Positions 50,201 to 63,976 of a stretch of DNA of 64,000 bases are shown here, one piece after another. The first letter of the stretch is position 1, and each line of letters starts with the position of its first letter. The position numbers were made by a program, and so were the translations under genes. The notes beneath the pieces were generated by a model, which was given only the letters and a program-made list of their open reading frames with translations, searched no databases and was not told where the DNA came from. The stretch spans positions 7,636,698-7,700,697 of the forward strand of contig OZ037765.1 in the NCBI GenBank assembly GCA_964035545.1. The letters are read 5' to 3'. Source of the DNA: Bugula neritina. Its lineage: Eukaryota > Animalia > Bryozoa.

Positions 50201-53200
50201 AAAAAAATGCATGTATTTATCTCTAACTTGCTGCCTATATTTTAAAGTTTGAACTTAATTTTAATTTTATCAGCAAAATGTTCAATAATGTGTTGAAAAA
50301 GTGTTTTTGGGAAATGAAGGTAAATATATTGTGATGTATATATATGTGGTATTTTAGGTGTGTCAATAACCGTCCCTGAGGGAGCAATAGGCAGAAATCA
50401 ATCAGAAGAAATATTTATAGCCGCTTTGCGTGAAGATAAAGACAGACCAGCATTGCTGGGTAAGTCAGCGAGTGTGGGATAGCAGAGTCAGCGGTCTTCC
50501 ACATGCATGCCTGTTGTGGTAGTGAACTCAATAATGTTATTATTACAATAGTTAATAATGTCATTAATAGCTTCTGTTTATCTATAATTATTAGAATGAC
50601 ATTTAAATGTAAATAAGAATGTATAGAGGCAAGCTTGGATAGTAATTCGTATAAATTTATAATAATGATATTAATATTCACCTGATTGTAAACAACATCG
50701 TCTGCCTAGTGCCAAGTAATTGGCTTTCCTAATTTGAATAGTTTAACTTCTGCCAATGAAAGATCAGCTTTCCTATTAGTCTAGTCGCTTCTCCTTGACA
50801 CCCTCGTCAGATGCTGATTCATGCCTTAATCAGATAGCTCTATTGATCATCCCATATCACTCACAATCAACATTCACCAGTTAATGGGAATATTTCTATT
50901 CTACACTTGAAGACTATACTTTTCATTTCTCTTTGAAAAAAGTCACTGTCCTTTCTCTACATTAGAGTTTATAGCACTCTTCTGTGTTATTATTAAATAT
51001 ATAAAAATTGTATATTTAATAATTATAAAGTTGAGAGAGTAAAAGTTCTTGAAAGACAGTTTGGTTATATTTTAGACAAGCAAACGCTACTAAGTCCAGT
51101 AGTTCTATGTGGACCACAAGATATGGCATTTAATAAATCTCTAATAATTTCATTTGATCACTGTGCCAGCTTGAAACTAGGACAGTGGAAGTTATCTATC
51201 TACAGCAGTAACAGCTCATATAACGAGCCAGCTCAATGGGAGGTAAGTTCACTAGACACTCTCCCCACCCTAGTCTAATGTATAGCGAGATAAAATGACT
51301 ACGCACTAGACTATAAAGTTTCTAATAACACCATATAGAAATACTCAACTGTACTCATGTCTAGACATAAAAATTCAGCTTCTACTTCCTTTGAACTAAG
51401 TACTGATTTTTTTAAATCTGTTAACTGAAAAGCTACATTCGGCCATTTTGTTACAGCGCCTGGTCACTCTCAACCAAGAGATTCTGCACATGCCAGTGTT
51501 TTGTCAGCTCGACTTGAATAGATGTCACGTGATGACTGACCAATTGGCATCGAGATATTGCCTTGTTGGAGAATCTATGTACGGCAGCAAGGCAGTCAAG
51601 CAGCTCAAACTAGCCTCTTTTGCTCAACCTTTTTCAACTTCTTTAGAAAGTATCATTAGAGTGTATGTGCTATCTGACACAAAAGACGCACTCCATGTAA
51701 GTGTACCAGTTAATATATAATACCTATGCAGCCTTCTTAATTTATTTGAACAAAATCATTGACGTTGACGAAATTTCTAATGCGGGTTTATATTATATTG
51801 TATGATTCATAGCTTGGTAACATGATGCTTGGCCAGTTTGATGTTAAATCAATGTTCAACCGCTGACAATACACGATGCTTAATATTATTCACCTAGCGT
51901 TTTTTATATGTGGTTATCTATATTTTAATCAACATTATTTGAAATAGGGATTCTGATTCTATCATCAAATGTTTATTTCAGCACTTCTCACATCATTAAA
52001 TGCACATCAAGTCAATAAAAATACAACTACTTGGCCAATTTATTATCAAATATTGCTTTGATTGAAACCGTAAAATCTGCTATGGTCTTATATTTTATCA
52101 ATATTTTCATCTAAATTATCACTGTAACCGTGGAAACAGAGACTAGACAATTTTAAATTCTGTCTAAGCATCTGTCATTAAACTACGAAAGCAATGTTTA
52201 TTGGTTGAATCTCATTTTATAGTAAGATTATTTGAGTTGCGTTTTTATCATTGGTTACTTATTTTGTGTTGAACTTCAGTAAAAATACAAGCAATCCATT
52301 AGATTTTTGTTTTATGCACGTGTGTAAATAAGTCATGGTATATGCAAATGTTGAAGCTTATATCATGCCGTTTATACAACACCTTGTAGAGTGTAATACA
52401 GCAAGAAAGTAAACTGGGTGCTAGGTTAATGGACAAGCCCAAGCAGATATCATTCCAAGATGGTGGTTTCAACCTTTGTCTGATGATAGATAGTATATCG
52501 AATGGCTGGGACAGTAAAATGCCAGCCAAGTATCAGGTATACTTATAAATATTCTATAAATCAACAGAAGCAATTCCTATTTTCATGTGTTGAGTCATAA
52601 TTACAAATAATTTTGTACTATAAATATTAATTAATTAATTTAAAAATTAATTTTTAAATTAAAGCAATTTTGTACTATAATAATGATTCTTCTTTCAGGA
52701 GATTCCATTCCGCCATGTTTGGAATGGACAGTCCAATCTACACTGTTCCTTTGCTTTTGAGAGGGTTTCAGCACCACCCAATACAACTCTCAGCTGTAAG
52801 ATCCAAGTCTATCAAAAATCTGTGCTCAGTAATAGACAGCAGATAACAATCAATGGTGCAGGCCTAGAAGTAAGTAATAACAATACTGCTTATACACTCT
52901 ACTGTATTAGTAAAAATAGCAAAATAGATAAATCAGTTTCAAATTTTGTTCACAAATCATTCAAATTTGTTGTTAAAATTGTATTTTAAGTGTAGTTAAT
53001 AGGCTGTGCACTTTGTAAAAATTATGTTATATATAAAATATAATATGGTATTAATTTTTATAAAAAAATATGAGCAATAAAGCAATTTAATTGTATATAA
53101 ATACTGGGATTAAAAATAAAGTTTATATAAAATTCATGGACAAAGTGAAGAGAGGGAAACTAAGAATTCAGTTTGACTTCTTGAAAGATTTTATGGCTTG

Positions 53201-53852
53201 ATGTTAATTTGATTTAGTCAACTGCCAAGATGATGGGGCCTAAAGACTTGTCCAGCACGGTGACGGTGAACACGCAGTCTAGCTCAGGCTGCAGCAGTAT
53301 GGTAATAATAGACAATCGGGAGCAGCAAATATTCAAACTGCCCACAGTACTTAAAAAGAAGCTGGCCAGCATTTTAGACATGCCGCAAATGAGAGGAAAT
53401 GATTGGCGAATGTTAGCTTCTGCCCTAAACTCTGATAGGTAAGATATTATCTTGTAAACGTGGCTGGAATAACTGCTTGCTTATCCCACTTTTGGTTGCA
53501 CATTTAGGAGCAGTAGTGGAGAAATTGAGATAGCTTAAGTTCTTTAATTTTATTATTAAATTTTGGTTTGCTTAGTTTTATTATGTGTCTTTGATTCTAT
53601 TATTTCATGCATACTATGTACAAGTAAACCACATTATTCATATATATAAAGGAATGCCTGTTTTTGAATTTTAGACAACTCAATTTCTTTGCATCTAAAC
53701 CAAGTCCTACGGAAGCCATCTTGGATTTATGGGAAGCTCGTACAAACAATGATGAAGTCTCAGTGTCGGAATTAATAAACATTTTCCGAGCTATGGGCCG
53801 ACAAGATGCAGTTTCTATTTTGGAACGAGAGGGTGGAAATGCATGGGTGTAA
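38219..53852 (+). CDS. unc5: Netrin receptor UNC5 (signal peptide, 2 Ig, 2 TSP1, TM, ZU5, UPA, death domain), about 999 aa
   Basis: 19 phase-consistent exons: 38219-38336, 41119-41321, 41489-41612, 44094-44197, 44300-44480, 45419-45592, 46862-47044, 47214-47306, 47687-47830, 48468-48509, 49118-49327, 49902-50099, 50358-50459, 51076-51242, 51457-51696, 52390-52536, 52699-52869, 53218-53438, 53675-53852 (sum 3000 nt). Motifs LICRPPKGTPSP, DEANYTCVA, GGWSxWxxWGxC (twice), TM IILWVVLCAAIAVFTVILVIIVICLL, GGRLTVADTGVSITVPEGAI, LLSPVVLCGP, YQEIPFRHVW, GNDWRMLA, SPTEAILDLWEAR. Confidence 0.96.
45662..45840 (-). mobile_element. tRNA-derived SINE copy in unc5 intron 6
   Basis: Minus strand: ggggttggagcgttggcttag...gtcatgggttcgaacccc...catccagtcataattgctgctgggcc...agcccgatt...gactataaacttgtgtga; homologous to 18687-18886. 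Confidence 0.7.
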
Positions 53853-55081
53853 AAATTTCTTATGTAAAACATTGTTGTAATTTTTATACAACAATTTCTT
53901 GCAATTTTAGAAATGTAATTATTTAAAAGTTAGTAGTTTTTTTATTAAAGATCTGTACATATTGCACAGTTATGCTTTTGAATAACATTTCATATCCTAG
54001 CATTTTCGAATCTGAGTAGAATATTTTTCTATGTTCGTCCAGAGTTTTGATATTATAGTGATTATAGTTACTTACAAATTAACATTTACTAAACTTATTT
54101 TTTTCACACAGTTCATAAAAAAATGTAATAATATTTTTGACAGTTTACTCAAGTCAAAAGACAAGGTAGATATTTTTATACTATATTTTACTAGGATATA
54201 AATCAGTGAAACCCGGGATGATATTACAATAAGTAGTATGTTATATTTAGAGTCTAAAGTTACACCACTGGTGGTATGATATGCTACTAAAATATAAGGT
54301 TCTAAGTGACTGAAGTACTGTTGCACCCTTTTTGAAATCTCTAAAGTTTCATGCATGTTTGGTTTAATGGTTGTCTATAAATCTTTATTGTTTTTAGGAT
54401 AAAAAAGCTACTGTTAATACTGCTTTATAGACTAATTGTAGCTCATGTGTTGCATGAGATATTCATACACTGTACATACATTACACCACGTGGGTTTTAC
54501 GCATTTCATATAGCTACAACTCAAACTCAACTTATCAAATGTTTTTACTATTTTTGCATGTTATGTTGACTAGTGTACATAACTCGCTACATAATTCTGT
54601 AGTTGTCAATGTATATTATTTATGTACCAATTACTAGGCTATGCTACTTCTTATATAATATCCCATGAGCATAGACTTATTTGTATTACGTAAATGTATT
54701 TTCATGTTGCATACAGTTCATACAAACTGGTTTGGCTAGACATTCAATATTTAAGCTACCTAATGATGTTTATCCAGAATAAAATATTGTAAAATAAATA
54801 GCCCAGTGTTGATTGATTAGACTATAAGATGGATAAGTATGGAATTGTAACACCACTAAGGTTTCTAACTCGTAAGAATCCACAGTTTATCTTTACCAGT
54901 GCTTTGAAATTCAAATACAATTTAAAATCATTTGCTTTTGAGTGGCTTCATTACAAGCTGTGGATGAGTACAAAATATGTGCAACATATGTTACCCAAAA
55001 TAATTGTTATAAAACTTTTTCTAAAAACTTTCCTAGAAAATGTTAACTCCTACTTATAGTGACAAAAGTTTTAAGAAATCA

Positions 55082-57849
55082 TCAGCATAATATGAATAAA
55101 GCAATGATTAGAGTCATAGTTATAAGCAAAGTATCTTTTCTGTGATGCCCAGCTGAGCTGGGGATGCATGAAAAGCAGATAACTCCATGTGCAGTTGCTT
55201 CGCATTGCCCATAGCCTTGGTACTCTAATAAGCAGGTTATGCCGCACCTATGAGGCAGCAGTGATACCAGTACATCTACACAACCTGCTGTAAGTCCTTG
55301 ACTATTGTAAATCTTCCAACAGCCAAAGGCCCTGTCACAAGATATTCTTCCTACAAAATCAAGCCATTTTTTTGGCTTAGTTAGCTTTTAAGGTTTAGGA
55401 TGAACTTTACCTTGTGATATTTTTCTTATTATGGCACTAGATTTTAAAAAAATTGGGAATATAAAGTTGTTACAATAATTTCTCTTTACAATGAAATTAT
55501 CAAACAGAACTTTTCTGCACACAATATTGATATACTGATTGATTGACTGATTGATTGATATTGATCGATATTGATATACTTGTAGTTCTGGAAAGTGACT
55601 CACCAATTTGGTGACCTTGATAATAATGAGGACAGGAAGTGGTCTGATATAAGTCTATTGCTTTGTACGTACATCTTTTAGTGGTGCAGTTATAGAAGTA
55701 GTCAGTTTGACAACTACACCTGTAGGAATAATGGCAATCGTAGCCCAAATAGGCTCTACACTGATCAGTGACATGCTGACATTCTGTCTCTAGCATACTA
55801 ACACATGTATTGTTGAAGTATTCGCCATTCAGACATGTTCTACAAATACTCCTTTCACCATCGTAATAACTCCTGTCTACAATAGAATAACATAATTAAA
55901 GTATAACTCTTCTGAATATTATATATATTATTACAATACAGAAAAGAGTAGAAGGCAGAAGCCACCAAAGTGGAATGAATATTTAAATATCTATTTACCC
56001 ACCGAGAATTAGAATAAATTATTAGCTAACTGAACAGCTTGCAAAGATATTTTATATGTTGTATACAATAATGCAATTTAAACCTACATAACCTTCAATA
56101 GGGGCTCTCCGTGTGTGTGAATGAAGCCATGAAACATCTGGGTCAACTATTTACAATGTCGTGTACTACATTGCTGTTATTATGTTACTGCCTGCATTAT
56201 TATATTATATTGCATTATGATATATACGTACTATCATATTATATTATTACATTATTCAGACGAATAATATACTATGCTATATTACATTATACCACATTTA
56301 TTAAATTATAATATTATATTGTAATACTATGTTATACTGTTGTATTATAATAAAATGACTGTGTGATTTATAAGAAATAATTTTGGTTTTATAAAAAAAT
56401 TTTCTACAACCCTTTAGCTATGACCCAAATGAATATTTTATATAAAAATACAAAGGGTGTTTAACTCAGAAAAATAAATATAAGTTGATAATTTGCATAA
56501 TGTACATATTGAAGATTGGGATAGTCAAAAGTTAGTTCGAAAATGACTTACTTTTAGAACAATTCTTAAAGATATTCTTAAAATGTTTTTTTCTATTTTG
56601 TGTGTATGAATCTAGCAACTTATTACAGAATGTCTCAAAATTAGCCCAACTCTGTGTACAGAATTCGCAATTTAGTGTAGTTTATTAATGCTCTGAATGA
56701 CTAATACTAGTAGAAGTATGGTAGGCTACCTGAAGTAGGATCGCACTGACAACTCCCAAACTGATGAATTGAGGAGACGATGCATACTGAATCTGGACCT
56801 ATGATACTTTTACAATACTCATTCCCCTTTTCACAGTCTAGAATAGGATACAAGTCTAATGACTTGTTTAGAGACATGTATGACATCTCGCTGTGCATTC
56901 CTAGACTTGAGTTGGCTACCGACACTATAACAAGTTATGGTAATTTTAGTTCATACAACACAACACCATAATAATGCACAGACAATATGGGAATGATGTT
57001 GGAGGGTAAAATAATTATAAGTTTAAGCAAGGACTACTAAAACTAAACAAAGTTGTAACATTAAAAAATAATAAGCTTTTAATCCTAAAAAAATTACCAA
57101 TTAATATTTTTGAACAAGAAAATCACAAATACTAGCAGCTCAACTTCAAAATACTGCATATGTGGCCTATCTTTATATCCCATGCAGAGAACTAATTTTG
57201 AAATGAACTTACTACCTTTAAGGCTGGTATTATTGACCGTTAATGCAAAGTCTTCAACACAGCAAGTGCTTTCTATCAACTTAGTTTGACAACTCCAACT
57301 TTGCTTTTTGTCTTCATAATGAGGAAAATAGCCCTGTGCGCATCTGCACCTGCCTCTATAAAAAGAGAAAACATTATGTAGTAAGTTCAGCTGATTAGAT
57401 AAGGTAATTTGGGAAACCTTTTGGTTTCTCATGGCAAAATTATTTTTCTAAATAAAAAATTAGAAGCATTCATGAAATCTGTTTTATATGCCTTTATTTT
57501 AGATTCATTAGGTATTCTCATAATGATAGCAATAATAATATATTTTTATGGCATATGTAGCAGTATGTAAAATTACTGTGCCTAAAACTCAAAAACCATT
57601 GCAAAATCATGCTGTAGTTTTAGATTTGCAATTATAACTATTTTTAAACTTATCCGATAAACAAATAACTTCATAGATGTTTGTGTAAAAGCATAGTGCA
57701 ACTTACAAATAACAGTAGGAGTTGTCAGCACCACAAGCATGAGATGCATTACATGCCAAGTATTCTATTCTTATAACGTCTTCTTCAGACACAACTGCAG
57801 AAATATAGGCTAAAAAATACAATATCCACTCCAAGATGAAAAATCGCAT
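55082..57849 (-). CDS. Uncharacterised Cys-rich secreted protein with predicted GPI-anchor signal (EB/EGF-like modules), about 311 aa
   Basis: Exons 57849-57707, 57355-57213 (or 57216), 56837-56730, 55876-55604, 55350-55082 join in phase. Signal peptide MRFFILEWILYFLAYISAVVS; modules CNASHACGADNSYCYLGRCRCAQGY, CEKGNEYCKSIIGPDSVC..GSCQC, ECQHVTDQC..YDCHYSYRCSCQTDY..C; C-terminus PSSAGHHRKDTLLITMTLIIALFILC-stop. Confidence 0.8.
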
Positions 57850-59352
57850 GATTGTTCTTATTATTTTCTCCATATTAAACAATAAACCCCACATAAAATA
57901 GATTTTATTGTCTAGCACAGAGTAATTTCATTATAAGCACAAAGCAATTGTGTTGTAAGCCTTAACATCCAGCTAGATAACAATGAAATTAGAAGATCGT
58001 AACAATTTTGGGAATATTCCTCAATCCTCATATAATACAGTTTATTAGATTTGTTATTAAACCAGGGGAATTGATGATCATGAGCATACAACTTCCATTC
58101 ATTGTTTGAAACTCTTCATCGTTACAAGTTGTTACAATTGAGAATAATTTAGTGCTTTTGCTGTTCTATTGCACAAAGCAATTTTTGGGGCTACGCAACA
58201 GATTAGTTGCATTTCTTGATCACTTACCGAAACTAGTTACATGCAAATATAGAAGAGCAATCAATAATTTTGCAGCATTGAATATGTCATCATTTGCTTT
58301 TTGTCCGTGCTTTGAAAATGGCAGTGATGGCGGTTTTTTTAGTTTACACACATCAAGTATTGATATTGGGGCATTGTGGATTTCAATACACCCACAATAG
58401 ATAACGAGTTTTTTTGCTGATATCCACGCAACTGTATAACACACTATAACACAACAATTATAATGTAAAGCGTCAAGTATTCTCATATTTTACAGCAAAT
58501 GTATTCAATAAATTTCTATGCACTGCAGTAATTCTCAGGTAGAAGATAAAGAATATAAACACCAAAGCAGCACATGGAATTGGATCTTTGGTAACAGAAC
58601 TACTTATAGTCAAGACTAATATGAGGCATGAGAAATTCAGCAATAAGCTGATAGAATGAATTCATTTTATTAATATATGAGAATATTAAAAATCAAAAGA
58701 AAAACAAAATATACATTATTGTGTATAGTGTAACTTTAATATATGTACATAACATAGAAACAAAATGGAGCATAAACTTCAACTAGAAATGAATATAATT
58801 GCACCAACGAAGTATAAAAAACAGAATTATATACAATTATAATGTTAAATTTTAATGGAATAACAGCATTAAATCAAGATAAAACTTACTAATTTCACCA
58901 GCAAAAATACTGCATGAAAATAACTATTGTTATTATAAGGAAATCAATCAAAATTATACCATCTACCAACATTATAAAAAGACTATAATTTGAGTAGCAG
59001 TAATATTAGAGATAAATGTAAAAATGTTGGCTTCAATTTTAAAGCTAGCTCATGTTTGTCCTGATAAAACCCACTAGTGAATTTATTATGCAAGTTAATA
59101 TTGCTTGCATAATTTCTGTTTAATTGAATCGAGTTATTCCTTATAGCATTTTAAAGAATGTAGATTAAATGCAACCTTACAAACTGTTTTATTAAACGAA
59201 AACACAGTTTCTCCAGTTATTTTAGCCAACACACTTGAGCAAAAACGTTCAGTCTCTATGCAGAAAAATCTTGCTCACCCTTCGCATTAATTCTATCAAG
59301 TGTGTTTGACTAAGCTATGTACAACTAAATTTTAAGACCAATGAGTAATGCT

Positions 59353-62300
59353 CTAACGTAATTTGTTAGCATTATCTGAGTCTGAGCTAGAGTTAGAGTC
59401 GGTGTGTGGAATATTATCATAAGTGTCTTTTATGACGAGTTGCAATCGAGTTAGTTCATACTTTTCAGATAGAGTACGGATAAACTTCAGTATTTCCACA
59501 CTGCAGTGTTTCACAATTCCCGTTGTGAGACTTTTCAGTCTAGTTTTCTCACAATCATCGTTCATGTACTGAAGCCATGAGGGAGTTGTCCTCTCCGATA
59601 TGCTATCTTCAGCACAATCTATCTGGGAAAGTTCCGTCTCCTTAAATATTACATTATAAAACAATCATTATATTATATGAAATGTATGAGCAAGAAAAAC
59701 AACCCATATGGAATCTACTCCTAGTGTATTCATTCTCCAATTATATTATTTAGATGTAACAGAAACTGTTAAGTACCCGATTCTGTTGAGCTATACTGTT
59801 GCATAAGTTCAATAAGCAACAGCTTAGGCTAAGGATTTAGGGCCTCAACAAAGAAGAACCAGCATAAATTTTTAAATGCTTAGGACCAGTAGAGTTGCTA
59901 AAGATATGGCTGCAAAATTAGTAAACTTCTGATATCAAGGCTAAATATTCTATTATCCGTTAGACTATTGGCATACAAGGCTGAATAACTACTTAACAGG
60001 CACAAAAATAGTGTGCGCAATCCAGATAGAATTTAAATGGTAAAAATAAACTGACAGTCACAGAAAGTGGTCAGAAAATGTAATTCTTGTGCTAATACAA
60101 GTATTGCATAGCCACACGGCTGCACCAGTAAGCACATAACACATCCACAGCTCTATCCTTGCAACTAGAGACAAATACAATAGTCACCTCTTTATACCCA
60201 ATAGATATTATATCAGCCACTATCAGGAAAAGCACCTCCTTGAGAGTTGTGATGAGATTATCACTGCTGAGAGACCGGTGAGGGGAACTTGCAGGAGTGT
60301 GTCGTGCCAACCCCTCCTTGTCGCAGGCGTATAAGATCTTCAGTAGGCAGCGAATACATTTCTTATCTGGTATATTATTACATTATTATATGGTATATTA
60401 TTACATTATTATATGGTATATTATTACATTATTATATGGTATATTATTACATTATTATATGGTATATTATTACATTATTATATGATATATTATAGGGTAT
60501 ATTATTACATTATTATATGGTATATTATTACATTATTATATGGTATATTATTACATTATTATATGGTATATTATTACATTATTATATGGTATATTATTAC
60601 ATTATTATGTTACATTATTAAATTATTATATGGTATATTATTAAATGGTATATTATTACATTATTATATGGTACATTATTACATTATTATATGTTACATT
60701 ATTAAATTATTATATGGTATATTATTACATTATTATATGGTATATTATTACATTATTATATGATATATTATAGGGTATATTATTACATTATTATATGGTA
60801 TATTATTACATTATTATATGGTATATTATTACATTATTATATGGTATATTATTACATTATTATGTTACATTATTAAATTATTATATGGTATATTATTAAA
60901 TGGTATATTATTACATTATTATATGGTACATTATTACATTATTATATGTTACATTATTAAATTATTATATGGTATATTATTACATTATTATATGGTACAT
61001 TATTACATTATTATATGATATATTATAGGGTATATTATTACATTATTATATGGTATATTATTACATTATTATATGGTATATTATTACATTATTATATGGT
61101 ATATTATTACATTATTATGTTACATTATTAAATTATTATATGGTATATTATTAAATGGTATATTATTACATTATTATATGGTACATTATTACATTATTAT
61201 ATGTTACATTATTAAATTATTATATGGTATATTATTACATTATTATATGGTATATTATTACATTATTATATGATATATTATAGGGTATATTATTACATTA
61301 TTATATGGTATATTATTACATTATTATATGGTATATTATTACATTATTATATGGTATATTATTACATTATTATGTTACATTATTAAATTATTATATGGTA
61401 TATTATTAAATGGTATATTATTACATTATTATATGGTACATTATTACATTATTATATGTTACATTATTAAATTATTATATGGTATATTATTACATTATTA
61501 TATGGTACATTATTACATTATTATATGATATATTATAGGGTATATTATTACATTATTATATGGTATATTATTACATTATTATATGGTATATTATTACATT
61601 ATTATATGATATATTATTACATTATTATATGGTATATTATTACATTATTATATGGTATATTATTACATTATTATTTGGTATATTATTACATTATTATATG
61701 TTACATTATTAAATTATTATATGGTATATTATTACACTATTATATGGTATATTATTACACTATTATATGGTATATTATTACATTATTATATGGTATATTA
61801 TTACATTATTATATGTTACATTATTACATTATTATATGGTATATTATTACATTATTATATGGTACATTATTACATTATTATATGTTACATTATTACATTA
61901 TTATATGGTATATTATTACATTATTATATGGTACATTATTACATTATTATATGATATATTATTACATTATTATATGGTATATTATTACATTATTATATGT
62001 TACATTATTAAATTATTATATGGTATATTATTATATTATTATATGGTATATTATTACATTATTATATGGTATATTATTACATTATTATATGTTACATTAT
62101 TAAATTATTATATGGTATATTATTACATTATTATATGGTATATTATTACACTATTATATGGTATATTATTACATTATTATATGGTATATTATTACATTAT
62201 TATATGGTATATTATTACATTATTATATGGTATATTATTACATTATTATATGTTACATTATTACATTATTATATGGTATATTATTACATTATTATATGGT

Positions 62301-63749
62301 ACATTATTACATTATTATATGATATATTATAACATTATTATATGGTATATTATTACATTATTATATGTTACATTATTAAATTATTATATGGTATATTATT
62401 ACATTATCATATGGTATATTATTACATTTATTACATGATACATTATATGTATTTCTCTTCAGGGCAAACAACCAAGAATAAAACGTCTAGCATGCAATAA
62501 AGCAGTTATTTTATTGAACAATGGCAAAAGATAACTTAAGCCATAGTGTGAACAGCGAGTGCTTTATAAAGTTGTACCTGAGAATAGCAAGCTGTAGCCG
62601 GCAGGTGATGACGTCAGAGCTGAATTTAGAACAGAGACAGCAGAGGCTACAACACCAGCTCTCCGATCTGTATAGAATCATAGAGTATAGGGAGCATGTG
62701 GTGATAATATTACCTGTGTTTATTATAGCAAATACTGTATAAGAAGATAAATACAACATGAATATAAATCCTACAGCTTGCCAAAATTTTTATGTAAGCC
62801 ATTGTTATATACTATATAAACAGTGCATATTGTTTGCATCATGCATAACTTGTGCTATAATAATATTACACAGCATAATATAATACAAACTATATAATAT
62901 AAATCATTACATTCTTATACTTGCAACCGTAACCTCAACATTTTAATTAAAACAGTGCTTATTTCAACATCATAAACAGACATGAGCACGCTATCAAATT
63001 ATAACTGGAGACGTATAGATTTATTCTCAATAAATATAATATAATCAACAGATAATATATGTGCACACCTTTACAACAGGCAATACCCTGTACATTTTAA
63101 AAGTTACAAAATAAAAATAAAATAATGTGCAAAACCACCCAACAAAAGCACATCACAGGTTGTACAGGTAAGCACCACACGACGTAATAACAAATACATT
63201 ACCTTCAAGATTAACGATTTCATCCTCACAGATTTTCAGTAAGAACTCTTTCAGGATATCTACTGTTGATTCCACCTGATCAATTATTGCAGCAACACCA
63301 TTGGTTTGAGTAGACATCAACTGCAGGCAATGTAGCAGACTAAACGTTCCTTCTTCTACTACTAATCTGTACAAATAGTGCATTGCCAATATACAAGGTT
63401 ATGAGTACTTATGAAATAGCATGTACAGAGAATAGAGTAATGAATGAGATATTAAACAATCAATTAAATCTCTAGTAAATCACAATGATAAAACTTTCCA
63501 AACTATTTGACTGCTGATAGTATGAAGAAAATTTATAAACTATTATCAACTTCTTTCAGATCACACGGAGCTGTCACAGCCGTGTCCTACAGTCACATGA
63601 CCCGTTGAGTCTGTGACACACTCACCCCAGTTGCTTCAACGCCTCTACTACAGCTGCGAGTAGAGTGACTGAACTCCAAGTCTTACACAACTCATCTGAC
63701 ACGTCTAGTATGTAGTCTAGTAGACTAGCCGTGTTGGTGAGAAGATCCT
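59353..63749 (-). CDS. SAAL1: SAAL1-like armadillo-type helical protein, 3' five exons (5' end beyond window)
   Basis: Exons 63749-63626, 63366-63203, 62667-62578, 60366-60188, 59640-59353 join in phase. DLLTNTASLLDYILDVSDELCKTW..LLAAVVEALKQL..LLHCLQLMSTQTNGVAAI..VVASAVSVLNS..CIRCLLKIL..LITTLKEVL is collinear with recalled human SAAL1 ([76 protein letters not shown]). Confidence 0.8.
60368..62430. repeat. About 2.06-kb intronic satellite of a 23-bp unit (tggtatattattacattattata) with 255-bp higher-order repeat
   Basis: Direct inspection; marker variant tatagggtat recurs at about 60494, 60772, 61027, 61282, 61537. Confidence 0.97.
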
Positions 63750-63756
63750 CTGTAAT

Positions 63757-63976
63757 ATACAGGTATCAGGTGATCATACAGGTATCAGGTGACTGTACAG
63801 GTATCAGGTGATCATACAGGTATCAGGTGACTGTACAGGTATCAGGTGATCATACAGGTATCAGGTGATCATACAGGTATCAGGTGATCATACAGGTATC
63901 AGGTGATCATACAGGTATCAGGTGATCATACAGGTATCAGGTGAACATACAGGTATCAGGTAAATATACAGGTGAA
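63757..63976. repeat. 19-bp minisatellite (atacaggtatcaggtgatc), about 11 copies
   Basis: Directly visible tandem units with gatca/gactg variants. Confidence 0.95.

Noticed and set aside
58152-58486. Overlapping 82-88 aa ORFs between the Cys-rich gene and SAAL1
   Set aside because: No motifs or splice-consistent partners; likely UTR or intergenic sequence.
60289-62438. Many Tyr/Ile-rich ORFs on the plus strand
   Set aside because: They are translations of the 23-bp satellite inside a SAAL1 intron.
62511-62759. Cys-rich ORF (WCCSLCCLC)
   Set aside because: Wrong frame; the phase-compatible exon 62667-62578 reads DRRAGVVASAVSVLNS and matches SAAL1.
63757-63976. CRISPR-like regular repeats (also 3007-3341)
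   Set aside because: Head-to-tail units with no unique spacers and no cas genes; eukaryotic intronic minisatellites.
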